DNA of 64,000 nucleotides from Neocallimastix sp. 'constans'. Its lineage: Eukaryota. Position numbers and translations under genes: made by a program. Below the pieces are notes generated by a model. The model was not told the DNA's origin and did not search any database. It saw only the letters and a program-made list of their open reading frames with translations. The stretch is taken from assembly GCA_050613775.1 (NCBI GenBank), contig JBODTK010000102.1, forward strand, positions 434,001 to 498,000, read 5' to 3'. Numbering within the stretch: the stretch's first letter is position 1; each line of letters starts with the position of its first letter. This document shows positions 15,001 through 23,692 of this stretch, piece by piece.

Positions 15001-15466
15001 AGATGAGGTAATTACAAAGTATCAATGGGTATCGAAGGATTGTGAAAGTGGAAACTTCCTTAAGAAGAATGACAGTTACTATGAATGTGAAGATAAGAAA
15101 GAAAATATAAAGGAAGAATATATTGAGAAACCAAATGAAGAACATGTAGTGACTGAACCAAAGACTCCTGTAACTAGAACAAAGACTACCACTACTACTA
15201 CTGCTGAAGAGGAAGTTACAACCACATCAACAGCCGCAACCACTTCAAGTAGTAGTGATGGAAAAACTACTACTACCAAGAAGTCGAGTGTTACTACCAC
15301 CACTACTTCGAAATCAGCAGATATGACCACTACCACATCGAAGACAACTACCACCAAAACAACTGTTGCAACAACAACAACTGGTAGTGGAGCGTCTTTG
15401 AGATCAATGCCATCTTATACATTATTTATTGTATTATTTATATTTATGTTATTTTTACATTATTGA
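2..15466 (+). CDS. Giant Cys-rich GYY-repeat surface protein, fungal cellulosome scaffoldin-like (5'-truncated by the window; >5140 aa), Thr-rich stalk and GPI-type C-terminus
   Basis: The frame is open from base 2 (FNSNKFPGANNKLI-M), so ATG 44 is probably internal. Dozens of G-Y-Y/F/W...LIxC...C repeats and FPG motifs match the motif described for Neocallimastigomycota scaffoldins. Acidic distal third, poly-Thr, then GSGA + spacer + hydrophobic YTLFIVLFIFMLFLHY end. No intron in 15.4 kb. Confidence 0.85.
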   Translation, partial: FNSNKFPGANNKLIMINASGNKIVEVKPTSDAYYLIGEYLTPVTSGEEGNVYKYTYSATAPKVEKLNPQVTTYYPNSDESTVKNYQNIKCEKLVDEEKTTDPTNPKYKVECKLSKKSGDDVYCLKTGNTGKIALNSCEKNCDGTCYEITHKAGYYLPYEKSFLIKCGSGCEKNDKLSEGYYKSEDAANTLIRCSKSADGYRCEYEPIINNGYYIGASKNLIKCTDGTCEEVNDSSGGRFVSAENGKALTYCTGQNKNLSCTSDSKPAVGYYINGNAKVNPLIKCTSDNSGKVTCSDITIPNKGYFINAAYKSTATDDKYLIDCSDGKSCSLATPFVKGYYVNGENKKLIYCKTVDDCSEYEGKGWYLKGDVTTSPIHCDGTCSDKSTDELKKGFYVNGDTNTNKKYPLFINSGSFTLYKPEDDNDKFTGWYINAGSTSSNDKILECVDGVIRQCTPKAVATDCVNGKFFENGGVIKWCINNNEVNLLATGESTRYVYANISSKNLFSWISDATGYVKFEISENYVKQNKINGYSYDKDNDQLYYCNGFGTGVCNLLKASEITPGYYINYSDNSIIICGKYDDSLCINVSKDSLEGDDALKSYDIVINNDGKLYLAPASTVTDPIIMSKVTSETLYALKNDKTKEFPKPKGESYARYILVDVNKYYVKFRENIEEVPQCTENESNDDVDENKVCLTNGKLYNVKTKKAVGYTSTTNIPVNSSYIKKDIEYDADTNSGYFEYTGDGTNNVLSKVYIKKIDNTRTEFKYECPIKGVCIRREKAKEPVLGYSLENGIPTRVVRNTSKNDNSKEEPKKFMPGIYIKHDGSKRDTKEVISCSYNSFFNVICEIINKSGAGSGISINEKGITVNGIPSNNMFDKLIKTKVKRNSKRGLLEKRETDNVLILKELSSSSYNEATFSETTNIFLNNELKKITNEVLTKLEETKVTGYTCNQNGECIEIKKEGNKKYFLNTAQDGNSKNAVVVCGNIETSDRCRFIDATNGSVYENYAATSSADAIITCTSNGCRTASVENTGSLPNCKKNAVNEVEKEASTGSCIRADNSTPLLDGQHCIFEGVIYKYTEYEEVGKDNCKAITDFGIKLFDATYREISISKVVENHYGAVLYNCPTASGGCYVTYGYIAGTATTATSYSICNRDGCIYKSDLTELKENCAEAGEGSLIYTSKTIKLCKTNGSVNTVGYYPVAISSNDNFPTTIFGDNILVDIEISFNIATYTLVLNDGYILLDNKNKILNGNTSPSPSTVDMEGTSNASIYNCKSADRLCKKIDNPEYGYYRSSSFSTDLITVKLDNKNKKASITQNQDKITVTLKNDDGNIDIKFTENNEENKYYPVTNFPGYTYGVIAEASKYSIIPIKVDNYVLLNTYENRLATKNEARDMKNLYLCNSSVGKCASSKIEDGWYVSGQNGYEAIVCEKDSCSMKETINRSCSGEGDFIITDNAYNICILKDKSISKFKLSENAGKVSELTSNKIVFPNSKSYIVVNSNSVKGIGYRDAESGTTPSGITVCKSFSSTTGVCIKSDGKVLENDEYCLFGTKIYANTTESGISSCSQKFTTGVNVEMFYGSRWVKSITTSDPNTFYGAQLFYCSNGECRLTTGYKKLSKIFKCNFGVCEQATNTGTENGDLVSQKLKIGDTNKSFEKDKYYYISGSNNFPGAENYKSFIVEMSDTYAVPFVGNGYYLISSSKDAILSKDPKDNDFNAEKNNKLYYCNNIDNNCIIIDKSSGNLVENVFYKNAASSDPSKRAIIGCYGEGDSTKCEIAQNGVLFSEDITSCEYAGMLIRTTSEPDDKGERTYGEYKFCKSRQSAPVTTDVNNSKYYMVQIARNDTFASVALKNDIEYETVKRNIIVEVGNGYISQYEKEGYILFNPTTNEIVETVGSNRGALYSCKRSKNYEGANNYSYACDLVNNINNGWYFNKIYGDKRVIRCIDGACTIIEVNESDKCNSKGSLIYNKGFKICQTLNKQIDVSNVNENYNVVMEVSLLNEFPGMKTNNTEILLSVSKDSVYQIKMKTNVVVNDDNTLISNAEGSLYECYSDGHCDINKIPKDNYYLKSNSDGKDVELIKCNERKCKVISDEEGDGKGNKEGFRVSANAKAPLIQCVKPGLLNSDGTFVASGIAECKEKEFKEGWFINSGSDSNNYPLIECTREFGCITKASEGDGWYLNAGASTTFSKIGGYYYPIIKCENGNCNYITEEFEKECKKGGSVIMPSNGNYKLCKDESKFVEFSKTSTIEIINNEGSKTAVETFSNKIVNAGNGFYYKGNVMYECSGTCSELNGDDKNGIYVFDKISSILMMATCSEGNCTWNNIKNEGNYFIDDKKYLVTNKATGVSEIYECIKNSVSKNIVCEEVLENNSRGYFFNSEIRDQDGKQEELLYLCEGNSCEVEENIPKCTELTYRNNYCYISYLNEKNTEEYEGKEPIIEGGSMCIDKNNYYFAISEINTGIDNSNCVAKPTDQNNYYYQVSNGSGVTTVYLQNKYNTRRVSINNSVINGINKNSVIITTNRNSNNALLLEDNYNYVSCINQKCELNKLTTCSYNFQTEKCSVSSGSVNPGQLCISSEKQLYFALERLTSSGGKCVNHNTGWSYSLGSETVEPDYSIGDASKEKYDDIWFVVEGKMYKIESNNDIYLQKEGVYLIDSANKKVDISKNVDISKESQFNLYICNSAGCKVKNSCNNGINYEYIYDSINGKVIQCDPKSNTINYIDGNGYYLNSAWEDVIKCTKGVCIEYNNDIGMEGYYYDAGNTEKIIKCTRNGTTFKCINEDIISCTYVAKSNRCSSSVDLKRNSYCVYINKVKGKIIGNPVMLYVPDFIKANDEGKCIENEGTDEYYYHYRKSRFLGNDERDEIIKYSKGAIVSLFEKDIGYYIITTNTRKGITANTNLNQSRMYECTQNGCTEQRNPENDRIYINKASIEKLVRYHSNGKYWEVMKRHCIKSTVNTGQCELPNSGIKEGDIIYLFEDGDINPKFLASKVSLTIKSTLIEENNDEIENTKYQYFNTNKTMYLLNSNNQSFDPVKESGNYMFEKSSNYHNLIPYRSTVNTTDTTRIQIYSYGGNWSVKKEFKFENFDEGYYWNKADLNGEGIVIQVMSVPPKKEVEEENKLRKREEDEEEIKLLSKREDEEAVNKFKAVLNKCVSTKKGVCTSAQDGKNLGKGDVCVVVDGEFRGLYLAIDNITKNSSNNNCIRYDKGNGYFYVAGKNEFSGEPLRKSVSNAIEFAGQPLVKTIIKVKEDSINAFTEKNTFGYYVIEKNEKKQLSSTTTVDATGYYCGWEYDPILEGENAGKENPETKRFECNPVKASNKYFYTISGDIVYAKSDNKWNVETKRGYYFFNEEFVAATVTQDENGKDEADTILYNSSNVNRPGTYINSATTTPVVVENSSANKKSIVTDYKTCQVTGETCKSTAANVELSNGEVCYASNKSNSLFLVVVTEEENAGKKFNCYTGSEKVKYRYVNNMLYKLDGLSVQEVVKGYYILNKNWEEFSTTYPEVPPYVFNCDGSKCEVVKEKIDINSDVIVNAAGTGNNKLLRYYPSSLKFVNVFKPGYYLVNSNSEVTKISGNNDYVNRYYLDESGNLTQLPATFEFNNIYINNAKEGSLTRYYSEFESSKVALNTRTGYLEYEGKSNVDDEIKYVFIDRLYVQKPYHFEEVTNGLYAIKNNLAFENTEWTSLSSGSEICYYVNGSCDPNKLNTIKKQKYTINYSTRKPTVIEYSSTTGDWRIVDEDGIYFFFEDGYSITATDRRIDRVFEVLEGESIEITNDKNRLGYYRFNDLTIESNENKWEDAQVTIGTVVENKRVCQSYETDEIINTSKLCYNEVLGVCIPKLDIENNSEENNCIFSDGRSIYYFLVGEKLYSVNDQSFRNIKKQGLYIVNNQKKIFEEKLETKAIAYSCDENSCKNENDLSSGYYLNMANGGIDEPAILYYNKSRKTWRKTTDTGIYLFNSKGYAVGDGEDVAFAYVVKENGNEVYSVLENNENGVFINQSSEDENIIVEFNNQWEKAKKVPSCKINNGKVTSSEVMKVGDVCIDNKKMVVITMDNGNKKRDDEYTYEGITAEGDEEKYGFNSSDQQIVKLVEGNMVKLNVNGYAIIDKATHKVLDSIEPSEADVYKCVNGKCSEVDVSSFKDKSHIINALSEDGPLVRFEDGKWVVETEEGYYFFKSDWNAVVNDDVVYGAVEVELDSNENPIQRDITNSNELGFYLNKASTESIIVNNDIEFWGKGSTLHKCNVTVSEEGNICRTMKETKVDTLSEGDYCYDGEKIFLLTAEASSEVSEINCISGSDEEPLYVTPDKVSNINEKDVGTKLIRLTDQSIKVVSPGIYIINENGTLIDNNGEEGEIEMQIYICDEEDCSEESSMGENIKFLTEAGDIFEINEKGRLEKVESEGLYFFKENGVACTAEGDSVEIIIRLSIVDTKLVKEEVELDELGIGYYVNSANQKTVGEYDGEKWTISEIDCKYDEETNGCTSESSNLEVGEFCLVDGSIYVVNEIEEEKEIFKCIPGNDQTPLYVMKEDSKLMVIKEKNVSIVDDDGYYTINANSGEGLKSDSATVAKFYKCEAGYECSEVKPEKSSNYLNKAIENSNIVRFNEKGSLKEAVTLENRCTVNNNSCTAEEGELAVGDICVNDNSLYLIKEDSQCVMAESNIETYQFVNNKIYRLVADTVVQKFDGYYFIDGNNRAITNVEDYRNADTVGYMCSVKGECYEIAPIAERYFKDYTTVRDNKFKVIKYDPSKKSKREESSGYEIITEDGIYKLDDGSYCECETENNDEVSCKNIDEVGTKVTVDNEIVLCSKENKTIECVQATEGGYYLIGEVLMECSASEEGDQLKCEEVMKEGYFLADGKDVLYECVEKVEEVNVSQIDSELYKDIEMEEENENAESKLTEENENELEKRQESEPKVTEKEQTVTEGAIETPTEVPEEPKGPVDVTCKAIECVEGTVVKSGGENSVDLYICKIVENTEEKPTETSKEETDEEEEDAEDEDEVITKYQWVSKDCESGNFLKKNDSYYECEDKKENIKEEYIEKPNEEHVVTEPKTPVTRTKTTTTTTAEEEVTTTSTAATTSSSSDGKTTTTKKSSVTTTTTSKSADMTTTTSKTTTTKTTVATTTTGSGASLRSMPSYTLFIVLFIFMLFLHY

Positions 15467-18202
15467 TAGACAAAGAATAATCTAATATATTTTTAAATAA
15501 TTAAATATACCAATGAATAAAAAATAAAAAAATAATAATATCTTTTATTTTTATTAATGAATAATAAGTTTTCAATTATATATATAATATAATTTATAAG
15601 AAATTTTATTTAAAGAAATTAAATATAAAATCTTTAATTATAAAGTATTTATTTCATTAAATTTAAAAACAATAATTAACAACTACTTGTTAAAATTTAA
15701 ATTATCTGTAAAAATTAAAAAAAAATACTAATAATTTATAAATTATTCTAATATTAAAATATAAAATAATTATTCAAAAATTTAATAATCCAATAATAAT
15801 ATAAAAATTAGAATTATAAAATGTAATTATTTATAAAAAAAAGTTATGAATATGCTATTATTATCATCATATATATAAAAAAAATGTAAATGTTTTTTAA
15901 AATATAAAAAAAACTAAAATTTAAATAAAATGCAAAATATTTAAAAATAATATATTATATATAGAAGTATTTAATAATTAAAATGAAAAAGTATTATATA
16001 TTCTATATATAAATTTAAATATAAATGAAATAGAAATATTGAAAAACATAACATATATTTGATGTAAATTTTTAATATGATAATCAGGTATTTTAAAGTG
16101 AATATATGTCAGGTGCAGTAATAAATTTAAAATTAAACAAAATGAGAGATACAATTACATGTAAAATTTTTAATTTTCGGACTGAAAAAACTGATAAAAA
16201 CAAAGAAAACATAAGTACGATATAATTTGCGAATGAATTTTATTTTAATTATATATCTTTGGTTTTATTAAATTTTTTTAATACTAATAATTTTATAATA
16301 ATTAATTATAAAATAAATAAACCAATCTATTTTTTAAATACAATTTTTTATATTTATTTATTATATGAATAAATACAAATAAAATATATATAGGTTTGGT
16401 ATATTACTTAAAAGAGAGTTTTATGGTTCATATGAAACTGTACTAAAAATTCTTTAATATATCTTTTTTTTCAATATATGAAGAATCCGTATTTTCTTTT
16501 AAAATGTTCTTTTTTTATTTTAAAAGACCATTCTTTCTTTTCCTTTGTTTATTTTATAATCGATGTTTCATTTATAATATTTTATATTATATATTAAAAA
16601 CTTGAACTTCTATACTAATATTTACTTAATAAAAATATATATATAAATATATATATTTATATATAAATATAATACGTAATTTTATAATTATTTAAAATAT
16701 TTATTATTGTATATTAATTTTAAATATATCTCACTTTTTTTAAAAACCTTTATAATATTTATTTATTTTCTTATAGTCATTTATTTTATTATATATATTT
16801 TATAGCCAATAAATAAAAAACATAGGAAACAAAGGAAGGAAAATATATAAAATTTTTAAATTAAATATTTCTATAATATTTATTAAAAATTACCTAACAA
16901 TATAATGCTTATATTAGATAAACTTTTATTTTAGCAATTCTTAAAATGTATTTCATAAGATCTAATAAATCTGCTACCAGTAAAATTTTAATTAAATTTA
17001 TATTACTTTTATTATTGTTATTTATTTTATATATATATTTAAAAAAATACTTTTACTTTAAAATATTAAAATAACAATTTTAAAGTATAATTTTGTTTCT
17101 TAAAATTATTTTAAATAATTTAATATTTATTCATAAAGATTTGAATATTACTTTCAGAAACTAATTGTATTTTATTTATTTATTGATTTATATTTATATT
17201 TGAAAAAAAAAAAAATTTTTTTCATTGATATTATAAATTATTTACAACCAATATATGTAAATATAAAATCCAATCAATTTTATAATTTAAAATTAAAAAA
17301 AAAAAAATAATTTTAATACATATTAAAAGAGTAGCGCTTTACTAATATTATTGTTTAATCTTAACTTATTAAAATGAGATGAAAATTACATAAAATATTT
17401 TTATTATTTTAATTAAATGGTAATAATATTTAATAATTTTAATACAAATTATCATATTTATATATATGTAATATATAATTAAAATAAATTTTATATATTC
17501 AATACATTTATATATTCCTAAATATAAATTTATACCTTTATATTTTATTAATCTTTTATAATAAAAGGTAAAAATATGTTTTAATAATTAATCAATTATA
17601 ATATGTTTTAATACAAACAATTTTTTAATGTATTAATAACTAATTACAACTAAAGTAATATCAAGTTCTATTTATATTAGAATTGTGGCTAAATTTAGAT
17701 ACATGCTAATTTATTTAATTAATGAATTAAATGATTTGAATCATATAGCTATATTAATTTAATCTAATATTAACATTAATTCTATTCTAATTTTTAGTAA
17801 ATTAATTAATTAATAATTGTTTATTTATTTATTTATTTATTTATTTATAATTTTTATTATAAACAATTTTTTATTCATTATTAAAAATGATTATATAATA
17901 TATATATTATATATCTATATATAGATTTAAAAATTAATTATAATATATCTATGTGATTAAAACATTTATACACATGCAGCCAATCAAAATAGTTTATTAT
18001 AATTATTTATACATTAATTTTTTTAAATATTATTTAATTTATTCTAATCAAAATTTGAATGAAAAAAATATTAGTAAAGGTTAGAACAAAAACTATTAGT
18101 GAATATTATTAGAAATATGCACTCATAATAACCATAATATTATAAAGTATTATTTAGTTAATTAATAGCAATACATTATATTTTTTATTCATTGATAAAC
18201 TT

Positions 18203-18354
18203 AAATATTTATTCATATATAAAACCTTTTTTATTTCGAACTATCTTATTATCAATTTCATACTATTAACTTTTATAAAAATATTTATTCATATATAAAA
18301 CCTTTTTTATTTCGAACTATCTTATTATCAATTTCATACTATTAACTTTTATAA
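18203..18354. repeat. ~75-bp direct tandem duplication (2 copies)
   Basis: aaatatttattcatatataaaacc...ttatttcgaactatcttattatcaatttcatactattaactttttataa occurs twice back to back. Confidence 0.85.
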
Positions 18355-18935
18355 CAACTACTATTAATATTAAAATTATTTATTTATTATTATTTTTTAT
18401 TTATTTCACACTATTTTATTTTCAATATCATTATTATTACTTTTATTAACACATCTAATAGTATTAAATGTACTTTATTCATTTTTTTAATTTGTTTTTT
18501 CAAGCGCTTTAAAATAGTATATATCTTTATTAATAAATATTAATAAATAGTACAATAATACTACCTATTATTAATAGTTAATCGATTATTAACTAGATAA
18601 TAAGTGTAACTACTTTTATTAATGGATAAACTTAGACACAAACTAATAAATATACATACAATAATTCAAAAAAAAAATATAATCTGTAGATATATTTATT
18701 TTTTTAATTTATTTATAAAGCAATTATTTAAATGAATAGAAAAAAAAAATTTTTTTAAACTAACTTTTATATTTTTCTATTCCATTGAAAAATTATATAT
18801 ATATATTTATAAAAAGAATCAATTTAAATAATGATAATTGGAATAATTGATAATATATACTCTTTAATATTATTAAATTTAAATCAACAATCCATATTAA
18901 AAGATTTTTTTTCTTTTAATATTAAAGTTTCTCAT

Positions 18936-18971
<36 letters not shown>

Positions 18972-19567
18972 TTTTGTTTTAATTATATTTCATTTTAATT
19001 AATAATTTGTTTTTTTATCATATCCTATTTCTTTATTCATATATCATAACTGCATAATTAAAATTTTTGAAATAATTATTAATTCAATTTTAATAATTTA
19101 ATGTTTTTGTTTTAAAGAACACTATTTAAAATTAGTAATAATTATTTTTAATAAATATTAATTATTACAAAAATTATATACTATTATATAATATTAATTA
19201 GTATAAAAATTATATACTATTATATAATAAATATTAATTAGTATAAAAATTATATTATATACTATTATATAATAAATATTAATTAGTATAAAAATTATAT
19301 ACTATTATATAATAAATATTAATTAATATATTATATATTTTAAAAATTATATTTTATAAATAATTTGATTATTTATTGATATAAAATGAAATATTCAAAC
19401 CTTAATTAATATAAAATAGTTTTTATTATTCAAACATTAATTAGTGCATTTCTCCAATTTTTATAATACAAATTTTCAATACGCCATTTATTTTTAATGG
19501 CTTGTAATATTTTTTGTTAACGCCATAAAAAATTTTAATACAATTATATGTAAAAAAAATAAATGTA

Positions 19568-19603
<36 letters not shown>

Positions 19604-19669
19604 AAAGTAATAATATAAGTATATAAAAATAAAATAAAATAAAATAAATATTAGAAAATGAATAGTAGA

Positions 19670-20320
19670 AAATGAATATAAAGTACAGATTATAAATAAA
19701 AAGTACGAACTGAATAATATAATATAAAATAAAATAAAATAAAATAAATAGTTGAAATATAAATATAAAGTACAGATTGAATAAAATAAAATAAAATAAA
19801 ATAAAATAAATAGTTGAAATATAAATATAAAGTACAGATTGAATAAAATAAAATAAAATAAAATAAAATAAATAGTTGAAATATAAATATAAAGTACAGA
19901 TTGAATAAAATAAAATAAAATAAAATAAAATAAATAGTTGAAATATAAATATAAAGTACAGATTGAATAAAATAAAATAAAATAAAATAAAATAAATAGT
20001 TGAAATATAAATATAAAGTACAGATTGAATAAAATAAAATAAAATAAAATAAAATAAATAGTTGAAATATAAATATAAAGTACAGATTGAATAAAATAAA
20101 ATAAAATAAAATAAAATAAATAGTTGAAATATAAATATAAAGTACAGATTGAATAAAATAAAATAAAATAAAATAAAATAAAATAAAATAAAATAAATGT
20201 TGAATGTGATAATATAAAAGTACAAGTTCATAAAATAAAATAAAATAAAATAAAATAAATGTTGAATGTGATAATATAAAAGTACAAGTACATAAAATAA
20301 AATAAAATAAAATAAATATT
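19670..20320. repeat. 62-bp minisatellite (7 near-perfect units 19751-~20184 plus degenerate flanking units)
   Basis: gttgaaatataaatataaagtacagattg(aataa)n starts at 19751, 19813, 19875, 19937, 19999, 20061 and 20123. Confidence 0.95.
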
Positions 20321-20772
20321 TATTGCTATTTTTATTAGAGAATATTAAAGACAATTTATTTTAAAAATAAAATGTTTTTTTTTTTTTTTTTTAATTATAT
20401 ATGATAGAAAGTAAAAAAATCATTTATATTTAATGACATTATTAACAATCAATAATATTTCTTCACTGTTTTTTTATTTTATTCAATCTGTACTTTTATA
20501 TTATTACATTCAATATTAATTTTATTTTATTTTATTTTATATACTTGTAATTATTAACATTCTTTATATATTTATTTATTTTTTTTACAAATTATCGAAA
20601 AACTAAATTTTCAAAATTTATATTAAGAATAATATGGAATAATTAATATAAAGATTTTAATTATATAATTAAAAAATATTTATAAAAACATAGAAATGGA
20701 AGAAAATCTAATTATTGATGTTAAGTGAGTCTAACAAAGGAAAAGAGTAAATTATTATAAATAAAAAATATA

Positions 20773-21982
20773 AATGTAAAAAAAAGAGGATCAATAATCA
20801 TGCCATCCATTGGAAATTATAAACTTTGTAAAGATGAAGGTAAATTCGTTGAATTTAGAAGAACTAGTACTATAGAAATTATAAACAATGAAGGAAGTAA
20901 GACAGCAGTAGAAACTTTTTCGAACAAAATTGTTAATGCAGGTAATGGATTTTATTATAAAGGAAATGTCATGTATGAATGCAGCGGTACTTGGGTTAGT
21001 AAGGTACCATAGTAATGGCAAATACTGAGAAGTTATGAAACGCCACTGTATTAAAGGTATTGTTAACACTGGTCAATGTGAATTACCAAATTCAGGAATT
21101 AAAGAAGGAGATATTATATATTTATTTGAAGATGGAGATATTAATCCCAAATTTTTAGCAAGTAAAGTCAATTTAAATATTAAAAGTACTCTTATAGAAG
21201 AAAATAATGATGAGATTGAAAGTACCAAATATCAATACTTCAATACAGATAAAACAATGTATTTATTAAATAGTAATAACCAATCGTTTGATCCTGTAAA
21301 AGAAAGTGGAAATTATATATTTAAAAAAACCAGTTATTATTATAACTTAATACCATATTATCATAACTTAATACCATACAAAAGTACAGTAAATACTACA
21401 GATACCACAAGAATTCAAATATATTCTTATGTTGGTAACTGGAGTGTTAAAAAAGAATTTAAATTTGAAAACTTTGATGAAGGTTACTATTGGAATAAGG
21501 CTGATTTAAACGGAGAAGGTATTGTCATTCAAGTAATGAATGTTCCACCAAAAAAAGAAGTTGAGGAAGAAAATAAATTAAGAAAAAGAGACGAAGATGA
21601 AAATGTAAATAAATTTAAAGCTTATAAATAAATGTATTAGTACAAAGAAAGGGGTATGCTCTTCAGCTCAGGAAGGTAAGAAATTAGGAAAGGGAGATGC
21701 TTGTATAGTTGTTGATGGTGAATTCCGTGGATTATACCTTGCTATAGATAATATTACAAAGAATAGCAGTAACAGTAACTGTATAAGATATGATAAAGGA
21801 AATTGTGTTACTACCAGCACTATATCTAAACCATTAGCTATGACTACTACTACCACAACGAAGACAACTTCCACCAAAACAACTGGTGCAACAACAACAA
21901 CTGGTAGTGGATCATCATTGAGATCAATGCAATCTTATACATTATTGTACTATTTATATTTATGTTATTTTTACAGTATTGA
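20773..21982 (+). pseudogene. Internally deleted duplicate of the scaffoldin-like gene
   Basis: Three colinear blocks match ~6648-6867, ~8800-9628 and ~15288-15466. TGG>TGA near 21027, a frameshift near 21625 and a 4-nt deletion in the anchor region. Downstream non-coding similarity continues to ~23135 (vs ~16570). Confidence 0.92.
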
Positions 21983-23692
21983 TAGACAAGGAATAATCTA
22001 ATATAATTATAAATAATTAAATATACTAATTAATTAAAAAATAAATAATAATAATAATTATATCTTTTATTTTTATTGCTAAATAATAAAATTTTAATTT
22101 TTTATATATGTATATATTATAAATTATTTAAAGAATAAAATATAAATATACATTAAAGTATTAAAGTATTTATTTAATAAATTTAAATACATTAAATAAT
22201 AATTAATATTATCTGTAAAAAAATTAATAATAATATATTAATTATTAAAATATTAAAATATAAAATAATTATTTAAAAATTTAATTATCTAATAATCATT
22301 ATAATAATTAGAAATGTAAAATGTAATTATTAATTAAAAAAGTTATGACTACTCTATTATTATCATTATATAAACAAAATGTAAAATTTTTTTAAAAATA
22401 TAAAAATTAAAATATAAATAAAATGCAAAATATTAAAAAAATATAAATTATAAAATGAATCATTGAATAATAATGAAATGATTTTGTTATATTTTAATAT
22501 AAATATAATTATTTAGAAATAAATATTTGAAGTAAAAAATTTCATGTGATTAGTCAAATGATTAATATAAATTAATCATATGATTAGTCATAGGTTTTAA
22601 GGAAAGTATAGGACACGTGTTAAAATAAATTTTTAAAATAAATAAAACTTGTGATTAATCACATGTAAAATTTTTAATTTTTGGACTAAAAAATTAGAAT
22701 AATTAAAGTAAACAAAAGAACGTTATAATTGCAAATAAAATTTGTTTTATATATATCTAAAGTAAAATTATTTAGCTTTTTTTACTAATTATTATATAAA
22801 AATTAATTATAATAAAAAAAGGAGGGTTTACGTTTTAAATATGATTATAATTATATTAAAATTTTTTATATTTATTTATCAAATAGAATTAATAGTAATA
22901 ATATTGATGGTTTTGGTATTTCTTAAAAGAGAGTTTCATTTTTCGTATTAAACTTTTCTAAAATTTCTTTTATGTAAGTTTTTTTTAATATATATAAAAT
23001 CCGTTTTTTTTTTTTTTTTTTTAATAAATTTAATTCCTATTATATTTGTTATAGTATTTTCTTTTAATTTTTCTTTTATAATTTTTAGCTACAAGTCTTT
23101 CTTTTCTTTTTGTTATTTCATCATCAGCGTTTCTTTTTAAATTCTTTATCTACCCAGAAATTTTTTAATTAAATAAAAGTTAATTACAATGAAAATTGAA
23201 TCTCCGAAAATTCTGAATTTTTAATTTAAAAAATTTTGAGATGGAATTTTTAAAAAGCAGAAATGATCGAAAAGTCGAATATGAAAAAATAAAAAAAAAT
23301 AAGATGTTTAAAGAGTATGAAATATTAATATTCTAAAATTGGAAAATATTGATAAAGGAAATTAAATGAAGCAAGAAATTTAAAATTAAGATGTATTGTA
23401 TTGATACATCAAACAAATATTAAACTATTTTAATTTTTCTTTTTATAAATACAAAATAAACTTATTAAAATTATTAAGTATGTGATAAATTACTCTTAAC
23501 TATTTAAAATTTAAAATTTAACACCCGATAATAACAAAGCCAATTTAAATTTAAAAAATAATTTAAAATTAAAAAATAGTTAATAAGTATATAAATATAA
23601 AATAGTTTAATAAATTGATTCAATAATATTATTCTGTTATAACAATAATTTTCATATTTAAATTATACTATCTAAAAACAAAGGTACAAAAA

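Noticed and set aside
396..15357. Short overlapping or antisense ORFs within the giant gene
   Set aside because: Shadow frames of a long biased coding sequence, with no independent motifs.
19751..20184. CRISPR-like periodic array
   Set aside because: The 'spacers' are identical (aataa)n, there are no cas genes, and the context is eukaryotic.
19494..20354. 286-aa minus-strand ORF (FILFY repeats)
   Set aside because: Translation artefact of the 62-bp minisatellite; non-ATG start.
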